From the NCBI GenBank assembly GCA_016618085.1, contig JABLTG010000148.1, positions 1-49,142 of the forward strand: a stretch of 49,142 nt of DNA. Reading direction: 5' to 3'. The notes beneath the pieces are model-generated. The model searched no databases. It saw only the letters and a list, made by a program, of their open reading frames with translations, and was not told the DNA's origin. Shown piece by piece: positions 11,158 to 24,903 of the stretch. Position numbers and translations under genes: made by a program. The stretch is from Neovahlkampfia damariscottae. Lineage: Eukaryota. Position 1 is the first letter of the stretch, and each line of letters opens with the position of its first letter.

Positions 11158-12366
11158 AATCTCAAACTTGGAGATTCTAATTTATTTCCTCCATTGGACA
11201 CACCACTCAAACCAGGTATTTCAGAAGTTGAATTATGAAACCATTTCATTCCAAATTTCAAATCATCATGTACACAAAAAGGAATAGAACTTCAAGACAA
11301 ATATGAACATGTTAATTGAGGCGAATTTAATGCTATCAGTATCTCTTAATGATGAAAAACCCATTAGATTTAACTTTAGTTCTATTTTATTAGACAGTAA
11401 AGATGGTATTGCAATTGATTTTTCTCATCTAACAATCATTTTACAAATTGAACCAAATGAATTTCCGAATGTTGTTTTCACACTTAGTTCTTTAAAAGAT
11501 ATTGAAAAAGCAATTGGATTAGTAAATCTGAAGTTACAAAAGCATTTTATTTCACAAGGTTAGCTCTTGAAGTCAAAGAGTTCTATAGAATTACTTGGAG
11601 AAACAAACGTTATGAACCAACATGTGGCTTATTTGGAATGGCTGCAATGCCCAATGCCTACAGTCACGGCATGGCATACATTTTTAAAGATCATGATTAT
11701 TTATCTGCTAAAAAATAAAGTGATTATAACATTTGAATCTGGTAAAGCTGAATCAACAACACATCAATTTAAATTTAATCAAAATTGAAAGAGATATTGA
11801 TTATCATACGCATTACCTATCCAATATTTTAGTATGACTCTTTAAGAATGAATCAACATTTTTGTTCAAGATCTTGGCATTAAGATAAAATAGAATCAAT
11901 TTTTTAATCATTTAGTAACCATCAAAGCCAAAATTTGGATTCGAAGAAAAATTGAGTTCATCTAATTACATTTTTGGAAACTTTGTCCTGACAAATTTTC
12001 ATGATTATTTGTGATTCGGATATTTTTTCATCTTTGTGGAGCGAAAAATTAATCAACATGACAGAGATAAGAATGAAAGCCCTTTTATCAAAAATTGATC
12101 AAAAAATTGAAATTGAAAGAAAAGATTTTAAAAGTTTGGTAATGAATGGAATGCCAAAAGATGTTCTAAACGTTCAACTCATATATATATATGTTCATCA
12201 CTCATTCCAGTTTATTTAACAAGTTTGATGTTTGAATAAAAACATGGAAATAAGAAAAAAAATAGATGATCAGTTTCAAAAAGAGTAAAAATTGATATTC
12301 TGAATAGAAAAAACAAAAAGAAAAACAACAACAGTTGATTGGTCTGTTAAATTTAGATTTTTTGAC

Positions 12367-12975
12367 ATGAAGTCAAAAGGTGTTACTTATAATGTTGGAA
12401 AGTTCTTATGTTGTCTTTTCTGGGTTGTTGCTTATTTAGATTTGATTGTAGAGAGTATTAATAATCAACAAATTTTTTATTCCTTCGTTCTGTGTTCTGT
12501 TTGCACATCTTGGGAAATATTTTATGGAATAAGATCTTTTGATAAACCTGGTAGCCTAATGATGAAATATTTCAACCTAATTTATGCCACATTGGAAATA
12601 TTCATATCATTTTGTTTAGTTTATTATGGAAATGAATCAACTCATAAATGGAATATTTGGAGTCGTTTATTGTTATTTTCAACTTTTTTTTTTATTTTTT
12701 ACAACTTATTTGAATACTTTGCAAATTCAAAATTAAAGTACTATGATGAAAAGAGACATATTTCAGCTTGGTTAATTGTAACTTTTATTCCAATTTTTGT
12801 TTCGATGGAAGGTGTAAAATTAAGTTATACTTTTAAAATTTGCACATGTTTTGGAAATTTTTTTGGATTATTTACAATTTCAAAGAAATTTTCGACTGAT
12901 GATTTGATGATTCACTTCAAAATAACTTTAATAGCACAATTCTTATCGACTTTGATTTATTGTTATTTTACATAA
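12367..12975 (+). CDS. Integral membrane protein, Pyr4/PaxB terpene-cyclase-like
   Basis: WxxxY...WExxYG with PaxB-like spacing (W to WE about 30 aa); 6-7 TM helices; intronless; ATTGG at 12338. Confidence 0.6.
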   Translation: MKSKGVTYNVGKFLCCLFWVVAYLDLIVESINNQQIFYSFVLCSVCTSWEIFYGIRSFDKPGSLMMKYFNLIYATLEIFISFCLVYYGNESTHKWNIWSRLLLFSTFFFIFYNLFEYFANSKLKYYDEKRHISAWLIVTFIPIFVSMEGVKLSYTFKICTCFGNFFGLFTISKKFSTDDLMIHFKITLIAQFLSTLIYCYFT

Positions 12976-14265
12976 CAATAAGACTCCTATGTGTAATTAG
13001 TTGCGTTATATGAATAAACTTTGGTTTTCAATTTGAAGAAAAGAGTTTCAACTGTGTCCAGTTGCTCTAACTAAGTTAAATGAGAAGAAATGTCGTTTTT
13101 TATTTCGTGAAACAACCCTTCAAATTGAAAGGTGATACCAAATGAAATAAATGTATTAATTTGAAATTTATTGTTTTATTTGTAATGTTTTTATTTGAAA
13201 ATTTCAAATTTTCCTTGTTCAATGCTGAATTTTATATCAAAATCTTCCAATAATTCATTTCCTAATATTCCGTATTTGTTTTTAATGCTCTCAAATTGGT
13301 TTGTTTGAAAGATCAACCACAAGAAGTTACATTTGGAAATTACGAAGGTATATTTATCAAAAATTGAGCAAGAATTGAATATGCTGGAAGTTTGAAAGCG
13401 GTGAATGTGAAAATACTGTTTTTCGATTGGTCAATTATTGTCTTCACCAAAGTGCACCAGATAATTTATATTCATTATTTGGGTTAGAAAGTCTTGATTT
13501 CAGTTACATTTGAAAGAAAAATTGGAATGATGGAATCGAACACTAAAAAATAAAAGCAAATGGAATTGATCGAGAAACTTTGTGAATTCAATGGATTTCA
13601 CCACTTATGCTTAAAGTCTAAACTCATTTGTGGAATGGTTTGAGAAGGATAAAACAGAATTATCATGTTTTCACGTTGAATTGCTTGCAGAAAAAGAAAG
13701 TGGTATTTGAAAAAAATTATGATTTTTTTTAGAATAAATGATAGCAAAATAAACAACTTGTTCACAAATTTCAAATGGAAAATAGATTAAAATCAAGTCC
13801 TTGGGGGAATGTAGGATGTCAACAATGGCACACATTTACTTATGGTGATCCTGGGGAAGTATTTGTTCAAAAATCTTTTGGTACAGGTGCTCCTACTAAG
13901 ATTAATCTCTTCAAGAAAAAAAAATAAAAATTTCAAACTTACATTTATTCAATGAATTCGAATCCAATTCTTACGATATTTTACCAGAATATATATGTTT
14001 ATAAATGAATATAGGTTGGTTCTTAACATTTGTTTCAAAAGTTTTTAGTTTTGAAAATAATTTCAATTTTTACAAATTCTTCCACTTGTTGTTTACTAAT
14101 TTTTCTTGTTACGCTTGTCAATTTGATTAATAAAATATTTTTTCCTAAATGCGATTCAAAGAATTATTGTGAATCTATAACTTTTGCATCAACTAAAGGA
14201 AAACTATTGAGTTTTGAATTTAGTTTGTTGAAACTCTAATGTATTTCATTGGCTAAGAATTGCTC

Positions 14266-15536
14266 ATGTTCAAAAGAACTCTGTTTGGACATTTCAGAAA
14301 AAATTCGTTTTTGAGACAAATCAACCCATTAACTTTGAAAATATGTGAAAGACTGGAGAAAGGAGAAACAAGTGCTCTTTCCAAAGCCATAACAATCAGT
14401 AATACATATTTTTTTTTTGAAAAACCAAAGTTGAATCAACAAGAGAATCAGATTATGAACAAGCACAATACATTTTAAATTTTATAAAAGAAAAAAAATC
14501 AAATTCAATTAGAATTGGAATTACAGGTACATTGTTTTCTTCAATTAAACATTGAAGGATCTCCTGGTTTGAATTTAAATTATTTACCAAAATAAGGTGC
14601 GGGTAAAAGTACTTTTATAGAATCATTTGGATTAAAATTGATCCAAAATGGTTTAAAAGTTGCAGTTTTGGTAAATATTCAATATTTTAATTGCTTTTGA
14701 ATACTAGGCAGTAGATCCTTCAAGTACTAAAAATGGAGGATCAATTTTAGGAGATAAAACAAGAATGCAATATTTATCTGTTGATGACAATGCTTTTGTA
14801 AGACCATCACCTTCAGCAGGTACAAAAAAATTTTTTTTTCAATTTTTCAAAAGGATTTTTAGGTGGAGTCACAGCAAACACGTAAAAATTAAAAACATAC
14901 TTACCTTAGTTATGAAATTATATCATTATGTGAACACTCAGGATATGATATTGTGATGATTGAAACTGTAGGAGTGGGTCAAAGTGAAATTGAAATTGCT
15001 GATTTATGTGACATTTTAGTTTTATTAGTTTCACCTGCACAAGGTATTACCATTTATGATCTAACTATTTTCAAGGAGATGAACTTCAAGGAATTAAAAA
15101 AGGTATTGTAGAAGTCGCAGATTTGATTGTTGTTAATAAAGCAGATGGAAATTTGAAATCCGCTGCTTTGAGAACCAGATCAGAGTATCGTCAAGCAGTT
15201 CATTTAATCCATCAAACTACAGAAGGAACATGGAATCCAAAAGTATTGACTTGTTCAGCACTCGCAAAAGATAATCTGGAAAAGGTATGGGAAGAAATTG
15301 AAGCTTGTCAAAAATTGAATAAATCCAATGGAGAATTTGAAACAAAAAGAATTGATCAAAGAGAGAAATGGATGTGGAAACAAATTCATGAAGCAATGGT
15401 GAAGAGATTAAATTCAGATCCTGAAATTAAAAAATTGATCGATGAAATGTTGATAGAAGTAAGAGAAGATAAAATATCACCAAGAATGGGTGCAAATTTA
15501 ATTATTGATCAATATCTTTGCAGAAATAATGAATAA
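14266..15536 (+). CDS. MMAA: Methylmalonyl-CoA mutase-associated GTPase MMAA/MeaB, 7 introns
   Basis: [59 protein letters not shown] and VVNKAD motifs after splicing. Confidence 0.95.
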
Positions 15537-15572
15537 AATTCATCCAATCGGATTACTTCTATTTTTAAATTA

Positions 15573-17821
15573 ATGTCTTTCAGTTACCCAGAACCAAAGA
15601 GAGAAGAAGTTCATGAAGATTATCATGGAACAAAAATATTTGATCCATATCGTTGGATGGAAGCAACTGATGACCCAAAAGATCTCAGAGTAATTAGTAG
15701 CAATAAATTAAACTTTAGGAATGGATTGAAAAAGAAAATAAATTAACAGAAGGATATATTTCAAAATGTGAATCAAGACCTCAAATTTTAAAAAATTTAA
15801 CCGAAGTTTTCAATTATGAAAAAATTGGAACACCTTTCAAAGTTGGAAACAATAAGTATTATTTTTATAAAAATGATGGTCTCCAAAATCAATATGTTCT
15901 TTATGAACGTGATGATTTAAAATCTGAACCAAAAGTTTTACTTGACCCAAATACACTTTCATCAGATGGAACTATTTCACTTGGTTCTATAAAATTCTCT
16001 TTGTATAGAAAATACTTTTTTTAACAAAATTTAAATAGTGAAGGAAAGTATTTAGCTTATTGCTTGAGTAAAAGTGGCTCAGATTGGACAACAATTCATA
16101 TAAAAGCTGTTGATTCAAGAAAAGATTTAAAAGAAGAATTGAAGTATTGTAAATTCACTTCAATTGCATGGAAATCAGATTCTTCGGGATTTTATTATAC
16201 AAGATATCCTGCACCTTCAACTGATGATTTAGGAACTGAAACTGATTCAACTGAAAATTCAAAAATTTACTTTCATAAAATTGGGACATCACAAGATGAA
16301 GATGAATTAATCTTCGCAGAACCTGATCATCCAAAAAGAAGATTTGGTGTTTATACAACTAAAGATGGTAAATATTTATTGATCACTGTTTCATCAACCA
16401 CTGGTGATAAGAATAGATTGTATTATCTTAAAATTGATAAAACTATTGAAAAGAATGAAAAAGGAATTTCAAATGTGAATAGACTTATTGATTATTATAC
16501 ATATGCATATGATTATGTGGCAAATGATGATTCAGTTTTTTATTTCATGACCAATGAAAATGCTGATAATAAAAAATTGATTCAAATCGATTTTGAACAT
16601 CCAGAAAAAGAAAATTGGAAAGAAATTATTAGTGAATCAGAAGATCCATTAGAAGATGTTTCGGCTATAAATCAAAAATATTTCGTTCTTCAATACACCC
16701 ATAATGTGGTAGATGTTTTGAAAATTTATAATTTCAGTGGAAAATACATCAAAGATCTTCCTGTTCCAGGTTTGGGTCAAATTTTATCAGTCACTGGAAG
16801 AAGAGAAGACCAAGAACTATTTTATAAATTCAGTTCATTTACTTCTCCTGGAGCAATTTTCAGATATGATTGTGAGCTCTTAAAACTATTAACTAATTTT
16901 TTTTAGTTAATGAAGAAAAAACAACTCCATTTTATGAGATCCAAATCAAAACAGATGCATTCAAATTAGATGAATTTGAAACTAAACAAGTTTGGTATGA
17001 ATCAAAAGATGGAACTAAAATTCCAATGTTTATTGTTCATAAAAAAGGAATTGAATTAAATGGTAAAAATCCAACACTTTTATATGGATATGGTGGATTT
17101 AATATTTCATTGAAACCATATTGTTCTGTTTTAAGATTATCATTTATTCATCATTTCAATGGAATATTTGCAATGCCAAATTTAAGAGGTGGAAATGAAT
17201 TTGGTGAAAAATGGCATCAAGGTGGAATCAAAGAAAAGAAACAAAATGTATTTGATGACTTTATTTCTGCTGCAGAATATTTAATTGAACAAAAATACAC
17301 ATCAACTGAAAAGTAAAAAGCAAACACAATTTAATATTCATAGACTTGTAATTGAAGGAGGTTCAAATGGTGGTTTATTAACAGCTGCTTGTTGTAATCA
17401 AAGACCTGATTTATTTGGTGCAGTTATTGCTCATGTTGGTGTTCTTGACATGTTGAAATTTCATAAATTTACCATTGGATCAGCATGGGTTTCTGATTAT
17501 GGATCATCAGATAAAAAAGAAGATTTTGAATATTTGATTAAATATTCACCTCTTCATAATATCAAAGAAAACACAAATTATCCATCTGTTTTAATTACAA
17601 CAAGTGATCATGATGATAGAGTTGTTCCACTTCATTCCTTCAAATTTGCAGCTGAACTTCAATATGTTATTTCAAAAAATGAAAATCAAAAAAATCCAAT
17701 CATTATTAGAATTGAAACAAAAGCTGGTCATGGAGGTGGTAAACCAACTGCTAAGATTTTAGAGGAATATGCAGATGTTTATAGCTTTGTTGCAAATGCA
17801 TTGAATTTAACTTGGAAATAA
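15573..17821 (+). CDS. PREP: Prolyl oligopeptidase (S9A), 4 introns
   Basis: [40 protein letters not shown] and AGHGGGKP (Ser-Asp-His triad). Confidence 0.96.
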
Positions 17822-17827
17822 AAATTT

Positions 17828-19497
<1,670 letters not shown>

Positions 19498-19578
19498 TCT
19501 TGTAAATGATTGGATGATTTCATTAACAAATTTATCCGAAAAGAACAAGAAATTAAATTGGTTGGCTGAAGTTTAAGG

Positions 19579-19833
19579 ATGAGCGGAAAATTTGAGGTTG
19601 AAGATGAACAAAAAATTCAAGACAAGTGTACTTTTGATTTTATGGAACAAATTTTGTTTGAAGATAAAAAAAACTTTGGAGACGAATATTTTTGCTTTCC
19701 AGAACGCCGATGGTTAATAATTTTCAAAACAGTTGGAAATATTGGAGCTGAATTCTCTTCAAAACTTTTAAAAATGGGATGGAAAAAAAAAGTTAAAGGC
19801 GTTTATTCTCTTTTACCATTTGATGAAAATTAA
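19579..19833 (+). CDS. Small hypothetical protein, 84 aa
   Basis: ATG-TAA ORF divergent from UGP with ATTGG at 19557; no recognisable motif. Confidence 0.45.
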   Translation: MSGKFEVEDEQKIQDKCTFDFMEQILFEDKKNFGDEYFCFPERRWLIIFKTVGNIGAEFSSKLLKMGWKKKVKGVYSLLPFDEN

Positions 19834-20204
19834 GAAAAGAATTAAATGGCTTTAAAAAAGATAATTTTGAATACTTAAAAATTATTTCAACTACAGGAAG
19901 CTTCAATGGAAAGAATTTTATTAAAATTTAAATGTTTCAATTTAAATTTCATGAAAAACTGATAAAAAAATTTCAACTGGTTCAATCATTAATCATTAAA
20001 AAAACTTTTATAATAAGCATTTAATGATGTGAATTGTTAGTTTTAATCTTCACAATATCTAAAGAAACTACTGTTTCCTAAAATCTTGTCACTTTTATCC
20101 CCTAATTTTCCATCATAATAAGGGAGCTTTTAGTATTAAGAGTGTTCATAAATTTTTACTTAAAATTTTGTAAAATTTTCAAAATTTCATTGGACAAATT
20201 TTTC

Positions 20205-21111
20205 ATGGGCAAAAAACAACCATTAGAAATACCTCTGACATATGGAATAGTTGAATTAAATATCCATCGAAGTAGTATTCCAAACCCTAACAATTTTGAA
20301 TTTTGTAAATCATTGAATCTCAACTGTATTTTAAGCTTGGCACAAGTAAGAATAAAAAATAAAATAAAAAAAAAAAAAGGGTACAAAATAAAATTATAAA
20401 TTTAAAAATTTAAAAGAAATACCAACAAAATTATTATCAGAATTTGTGAAAAAAAATAATATTGAATTGGTAAAATTTTGTGTTTTTATTTTCTAATTGA
20501 TGTTTCAGATAACTCTTGGTTTAAATAAATCTTCAAAAGAAAGACACTTAAATGATAATTTAATTAAAGAAGCAATTGAAATCATTTTGAATAAACAAAA
20601 ATATCCAATCCTCATTTGTTGTGAGTAAGTAATTTTAAATTAAAAAAAAAGATCAGGAATTCATCAAACAGGAGTAGCAATTGGATGTCTTAGAAAACTA
20701 CAAAAATGGACTTTAAATTCAATCATATCAGAAGTAAAAAATCAACAAAAATTAATTTTCAAAAAGTATTCTTTATTTGCTGGAGAAATGACAAAAAATT
20801 ATATTGGTCGATTGTCAAACGTTGATTTTATTGAATTTTTTGACACTGACTTAGTCAATTTACCAAAAAATATGCCTGAATTCTTCTTGGTCAACGAAAA
20901 ATTATTGAAAGAAGAAGAGAAATTTTTTGAAAAACAAACCAAACGATTTGGAGTCGAGAATTTGATGAATCCTACATTTCTGGGTAATATTATAGAGAAT
21001 AACAAAGAAATTGAAGCGTACAAACTTTTTTTGTTTTGTCAACAAGGACCTCTAATTTCAAGCAGGTCATCTTTCAATCCAAAAAAAAGTATAATAAAAC
21101 AAGATTATTAA
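20205..21111 (+). CDS. OCA/Siw14-family atypical dual-specificity phosphatase-like protein, 5 introns including a 1-nt exon
   Basis: PLTYGIVELNIHRSSIP..NFEF, EAIEIILNKQKYPILICCESGIHQTGVAIGCLRKLQKWTLNSIISEY. Confidence 0.85.
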
Positions 21112-21209
21112 AAAATTGGTTTTTTTTTTTGTCTTTGACAAGAGTTCAACGTTAAAAAGTGTTGGAATGGTGTTCACTGTTGATTGGTCGCTTTTGTTTT
21201 AGTTTGAGG

Positions 21210-24200
21210 ATGAAGAAACTGACCTGTTTGGCCATATTTTTTGTTTTAATTTATATAACTATGGCAGATATACAGGTTTTCCTGGTTCCGCACTCACATA
21301 CGGATCCTGGATGGCTAAAAACTGTTGACGTAATTTAAAAAAAAAAAAAAATAATTTTAAATTCAGGAATACAAACCAACAGTTTTTACAATTTTAACAA
21401 ATGTAGTTCGGGCTTTACAGTCGTCTGAACATAGAAAATTTATTTGGGGCGAAACAATTTTTTTTAAAATGTGGTTCGAAGTTCAAGATTCAGAAACACA
21501 AAAATATGTGAAATATTTAATTGCTTCAAGAAGATTTGAATTAGTAGGTGGTGGATGGGTTCAAAATGATGAAGCTTCATCAAGTTATACATCAATCATT
21601 GATCAAATGACAGTAGGACATCAATACTTATTAGAACGTTTTGGAATAAGACCTAAAGTTGCATGGCAAATTGATCCATTCGGACATGGTGGAGTAAGCG
21701 CACAATTATTCGCAGATATGGTAACAAAAAAAAAAAAAATTTACAACCTAGGGTTTTGATGCACTCATTATAAATAGAGTTCATCATAAAGTTAAAAGAA
21801 TGATGAAAAATTCAAAAGGGTTAGAATTTATTTGGAAAAATAGTCAAAACTCAATTTTCACTCATTGTTTACATACTCACTATTCTGCTGTTCAAGGATT
21901 TGATTTTGAAGACCGTGTACCTACAATTGAAGATAATAATGTAGCATCAAGAGCACAAGTTTATGTTGATAATATTAAACAAAGATCAAATGCATATCAG
22001 AGTAATTATGTTATGGTTCCTTTTGGAGATGATTTTAAATTTCAACAAGCAAGTCATCAATTTGCAAATATGGATAAATTAATTAGTAAGTCTTGAAAGT
22101 TTAATTTTTAATTCAAAAAGATCATATCAATTCAAATTCACATTATGGTGTAAAAATTCGTTATTCAACTGTTTCTGATTATATTTATGCTTTGAATTCA
22201 AACTTTAAAGATTTACAATTTCCAGTTGTACGTCATGATTTCTTTCCGTATGCTGATAATGAAGACTCTTATTGGACTGGTCATTTTTCAACTTTACCAA
22301 ATTTAAAACAAAAAATTAGAAAATCTGAAAGTCAATTGAGAGCATCTGAAAATTCATTGGCTTTTGGAAGAATTTTTGAAAGAAGTCAAAATTTATTTTT
22401 AGTGAATTGGATTAAATTAACAAGTTATTTGGAACGTTTTAGAGAAAATGTTGGTGTTACTCAACATCATGATGCTATCACAGGAACTTGTAGATCACAT
22501 GTGGCTGATGATTATATGAATTTAATACAACCAACAGAAGCAAGATTAGTTGAAACTGAAATGATTACATTACTATTGAAAGGAAATTCACCACAAAATT
22601 TACAAAAAATTGATCAAGTTTTATTGGAACCTTCTAAAAAATATTCATTGGTCGTTCATAATTCTGAATCAAATTCAAGAGTTCAATTAATTTACATTAA
22701 GAGTAAAACACAAGTCATTTCAATATCATCACAAAATGAAAAATTAAAATATCAAGTTATTCCAAATTTAACTGATAATGATTATTCAGTATTTTTTGAA
22801 ATCAAAATTAATGGATTTTCAATATTAAAATATCAAATTAAAACATTAGAAGATATTACAAATCCAAAATCAATTTCAAAAAATACAGTTTATTTATCAA
22901 CTGGAGCATCACCACCACAATCAAGTGCTATTAGAACTGTTAATATTGACTCATCTATTTCAAGAATTGATTTATCAAATCAAGTTTATAAAGTTACAAT
23001 TGATAAAAATACAGGTTACATTAGTAATGTAAAAGATTTAAAAAACAAAGGAAATCATCAATTTAAAAATCAATTTCTTGAGTTTCAAACACAAAGAAGT
23101 GGTTCTTATATTTTCAGACCTGTTCCAAATCCACAATCATTTTCAAATGGGTTAAAATCAATTTTTATTTCAAATGGACAACTTTTATCACAAGCAATCA
23201 TAGTCACAGAAAGATTCACACATACTATTAGATTATTTAAAAATAATCAAAATGCAGATTTTATGGAAGTAGTTTATGATTTAAAACCTATTCCAGGAAA
23301 TACAGAATTGGTGACTAGAATTGGTGTTAATTCAAATGGAAAGAAAGGAGATGTTTATTCATTTGATGGATTGAAATTTATGAAAAGATTTATACTGGAT
23401 CAAGCTCCATTGGCAGGTAAATATTATCCTTCTGTTGCTGGGGCATTGTATAGATTTCCTGATTCCTCATTAATTGTTTTAACTGAACATGCAATGGCTT
23501 TTTCAGCTACACAAGATGAATTAGAATTCATGATTCATAGAAGATTAAATTCTGATGACGGAAGAGGTATGTCACAAGCAAATGCAGATCAGTCACCGTT
23601 TAGATTCAAAATGTTCATTCAATTGAAGAGTTATAAATCAGGAGAATCTCATGGCGTTAATATGATTAAAATTCATCAAAAATCACATGAATTGAATAAT
23701 CCAATCACTTCTTATATTTCAAGATCAAAAAAATATAAAACAAAATTAACAAAATTTGAACCAATTGGAGGTAATTGAATGAGTATTAATTCTTTTTTTT
23801 TTAGATTTGAGCTCAAAATTACAAATTTTGAATTTTCAAGTTTTGAATTATGCATCTGACGATTATGTATTAAGAATTCAAAATTTAAGTCCAACAAAAC
23901 CAACATCTTTTAAAATTAGTGATATTTTTGATCCAAAGGTATTTACTGTCACTTCAATTAGAGAAAAATCATTAAATTTAGTTTATGATGTTCCACATGG
24001 AAAATCAATTCTTGACTTTAGAACAAAATGGAACGAAGGAGAACATACATTATTTGACTTTACATCAAAAGTTGAAAAAGCAGGATCTGATGATTCACAA
24101 AATACAGAAGAAGAAGGGGTTTTTCTTTCTACAGCGGCTATTGAAGAAAAAAATACAGGAGGAAGAAGAGTAATGTCATTGGTTGAAAACAAAGATTTTA

Positions 24201-24634
24201 CTTTGAGACCAGGGTCAATTGGAACTTATTTAATTTCTGTAGAACTAACAAACAATCATCCAGGTGTATTAGTAGTAAATGATGAAAAAGAAGAACCAAA
24301 TCATGAAGAACCAGAAGAAAATCATGAGAATCATGAACCAAAAGAGGGAGAACATGAGTCTGAAAATGAAAAAGAACCTGAAGAAACATCACATGATGAT
24401 GATGATTTGGAAGATGCTGTGAGAAATCAACATCAAATTCCAAAGAATAATGTTGGAGCACCTCCTGGAACAATACATGCAGATATGCCAGTTGAAAAAC
24501 AATGGAATAATTTGGTGTTTGGATTTGTATTTGTTATTTTAGCAATTTCTTTCTGTTTATATTTTATGTTTTGCAGAAAAACTTCAAGATCACCAGTTTT
24601 ACCAATGACAAAAAATGAAGTCAAAGATCAATAA
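21210..24634 (+). CDS. Class II alpha-mannosidase (GH38), signal peptide, acidic/His linker and C-terminal TM, 4 introns
   Basis: VPHSHTDPGWLKT, GGWVQNDEA, WQIDPFGH, PFGDDF, QHHDAITGT and HRRLNSDDGRG motifs. Confidence 0.95.
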
Positions 24635-24903
24635 AAAAATTAATTAATTTTTAATTAATGATTTTAATTTAGCTTCACACCAAAATGGCAAGTCGATGAT
24701 TTAATTTGGAAAAAAAATGACTGATTTGGTTTTGACTTCCCAAATTTGGAAAGGCAAATGACCGAATCAAAAAATTAGTTTTTGATCCTGAATCTCAAAA
24801 TTCAAGAAAACAACTCAAAATTGAGTTTTGTATCTTTTTTTAGAATTTTTATTTGAATTTATCCCTTGTGATTGGTTGATTGGCCTGTTTCTTTTTTTAC
24901 GTT

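Noticed and set aside
7505..12290. Alternative genetic code or stop read-through to explain the broken ORFs
   Set aside because: The breaks include frameshifts and deletions, and all intact genes translate cleanly with the standard code.
14897..14906. ATACTTACCT, identical to the canonical U1 5' end
   Set aside because: It lies inside a 28-nt MMAA intron and is followed by coding sequence with no U1 structure; probably chance.
24690..24830. Short palindromes and C/D-like boxes upstream of the P450 gene
   Set aside because: AT-only stems are expected by chance, the C box is imperfect and no convincing guide is present.
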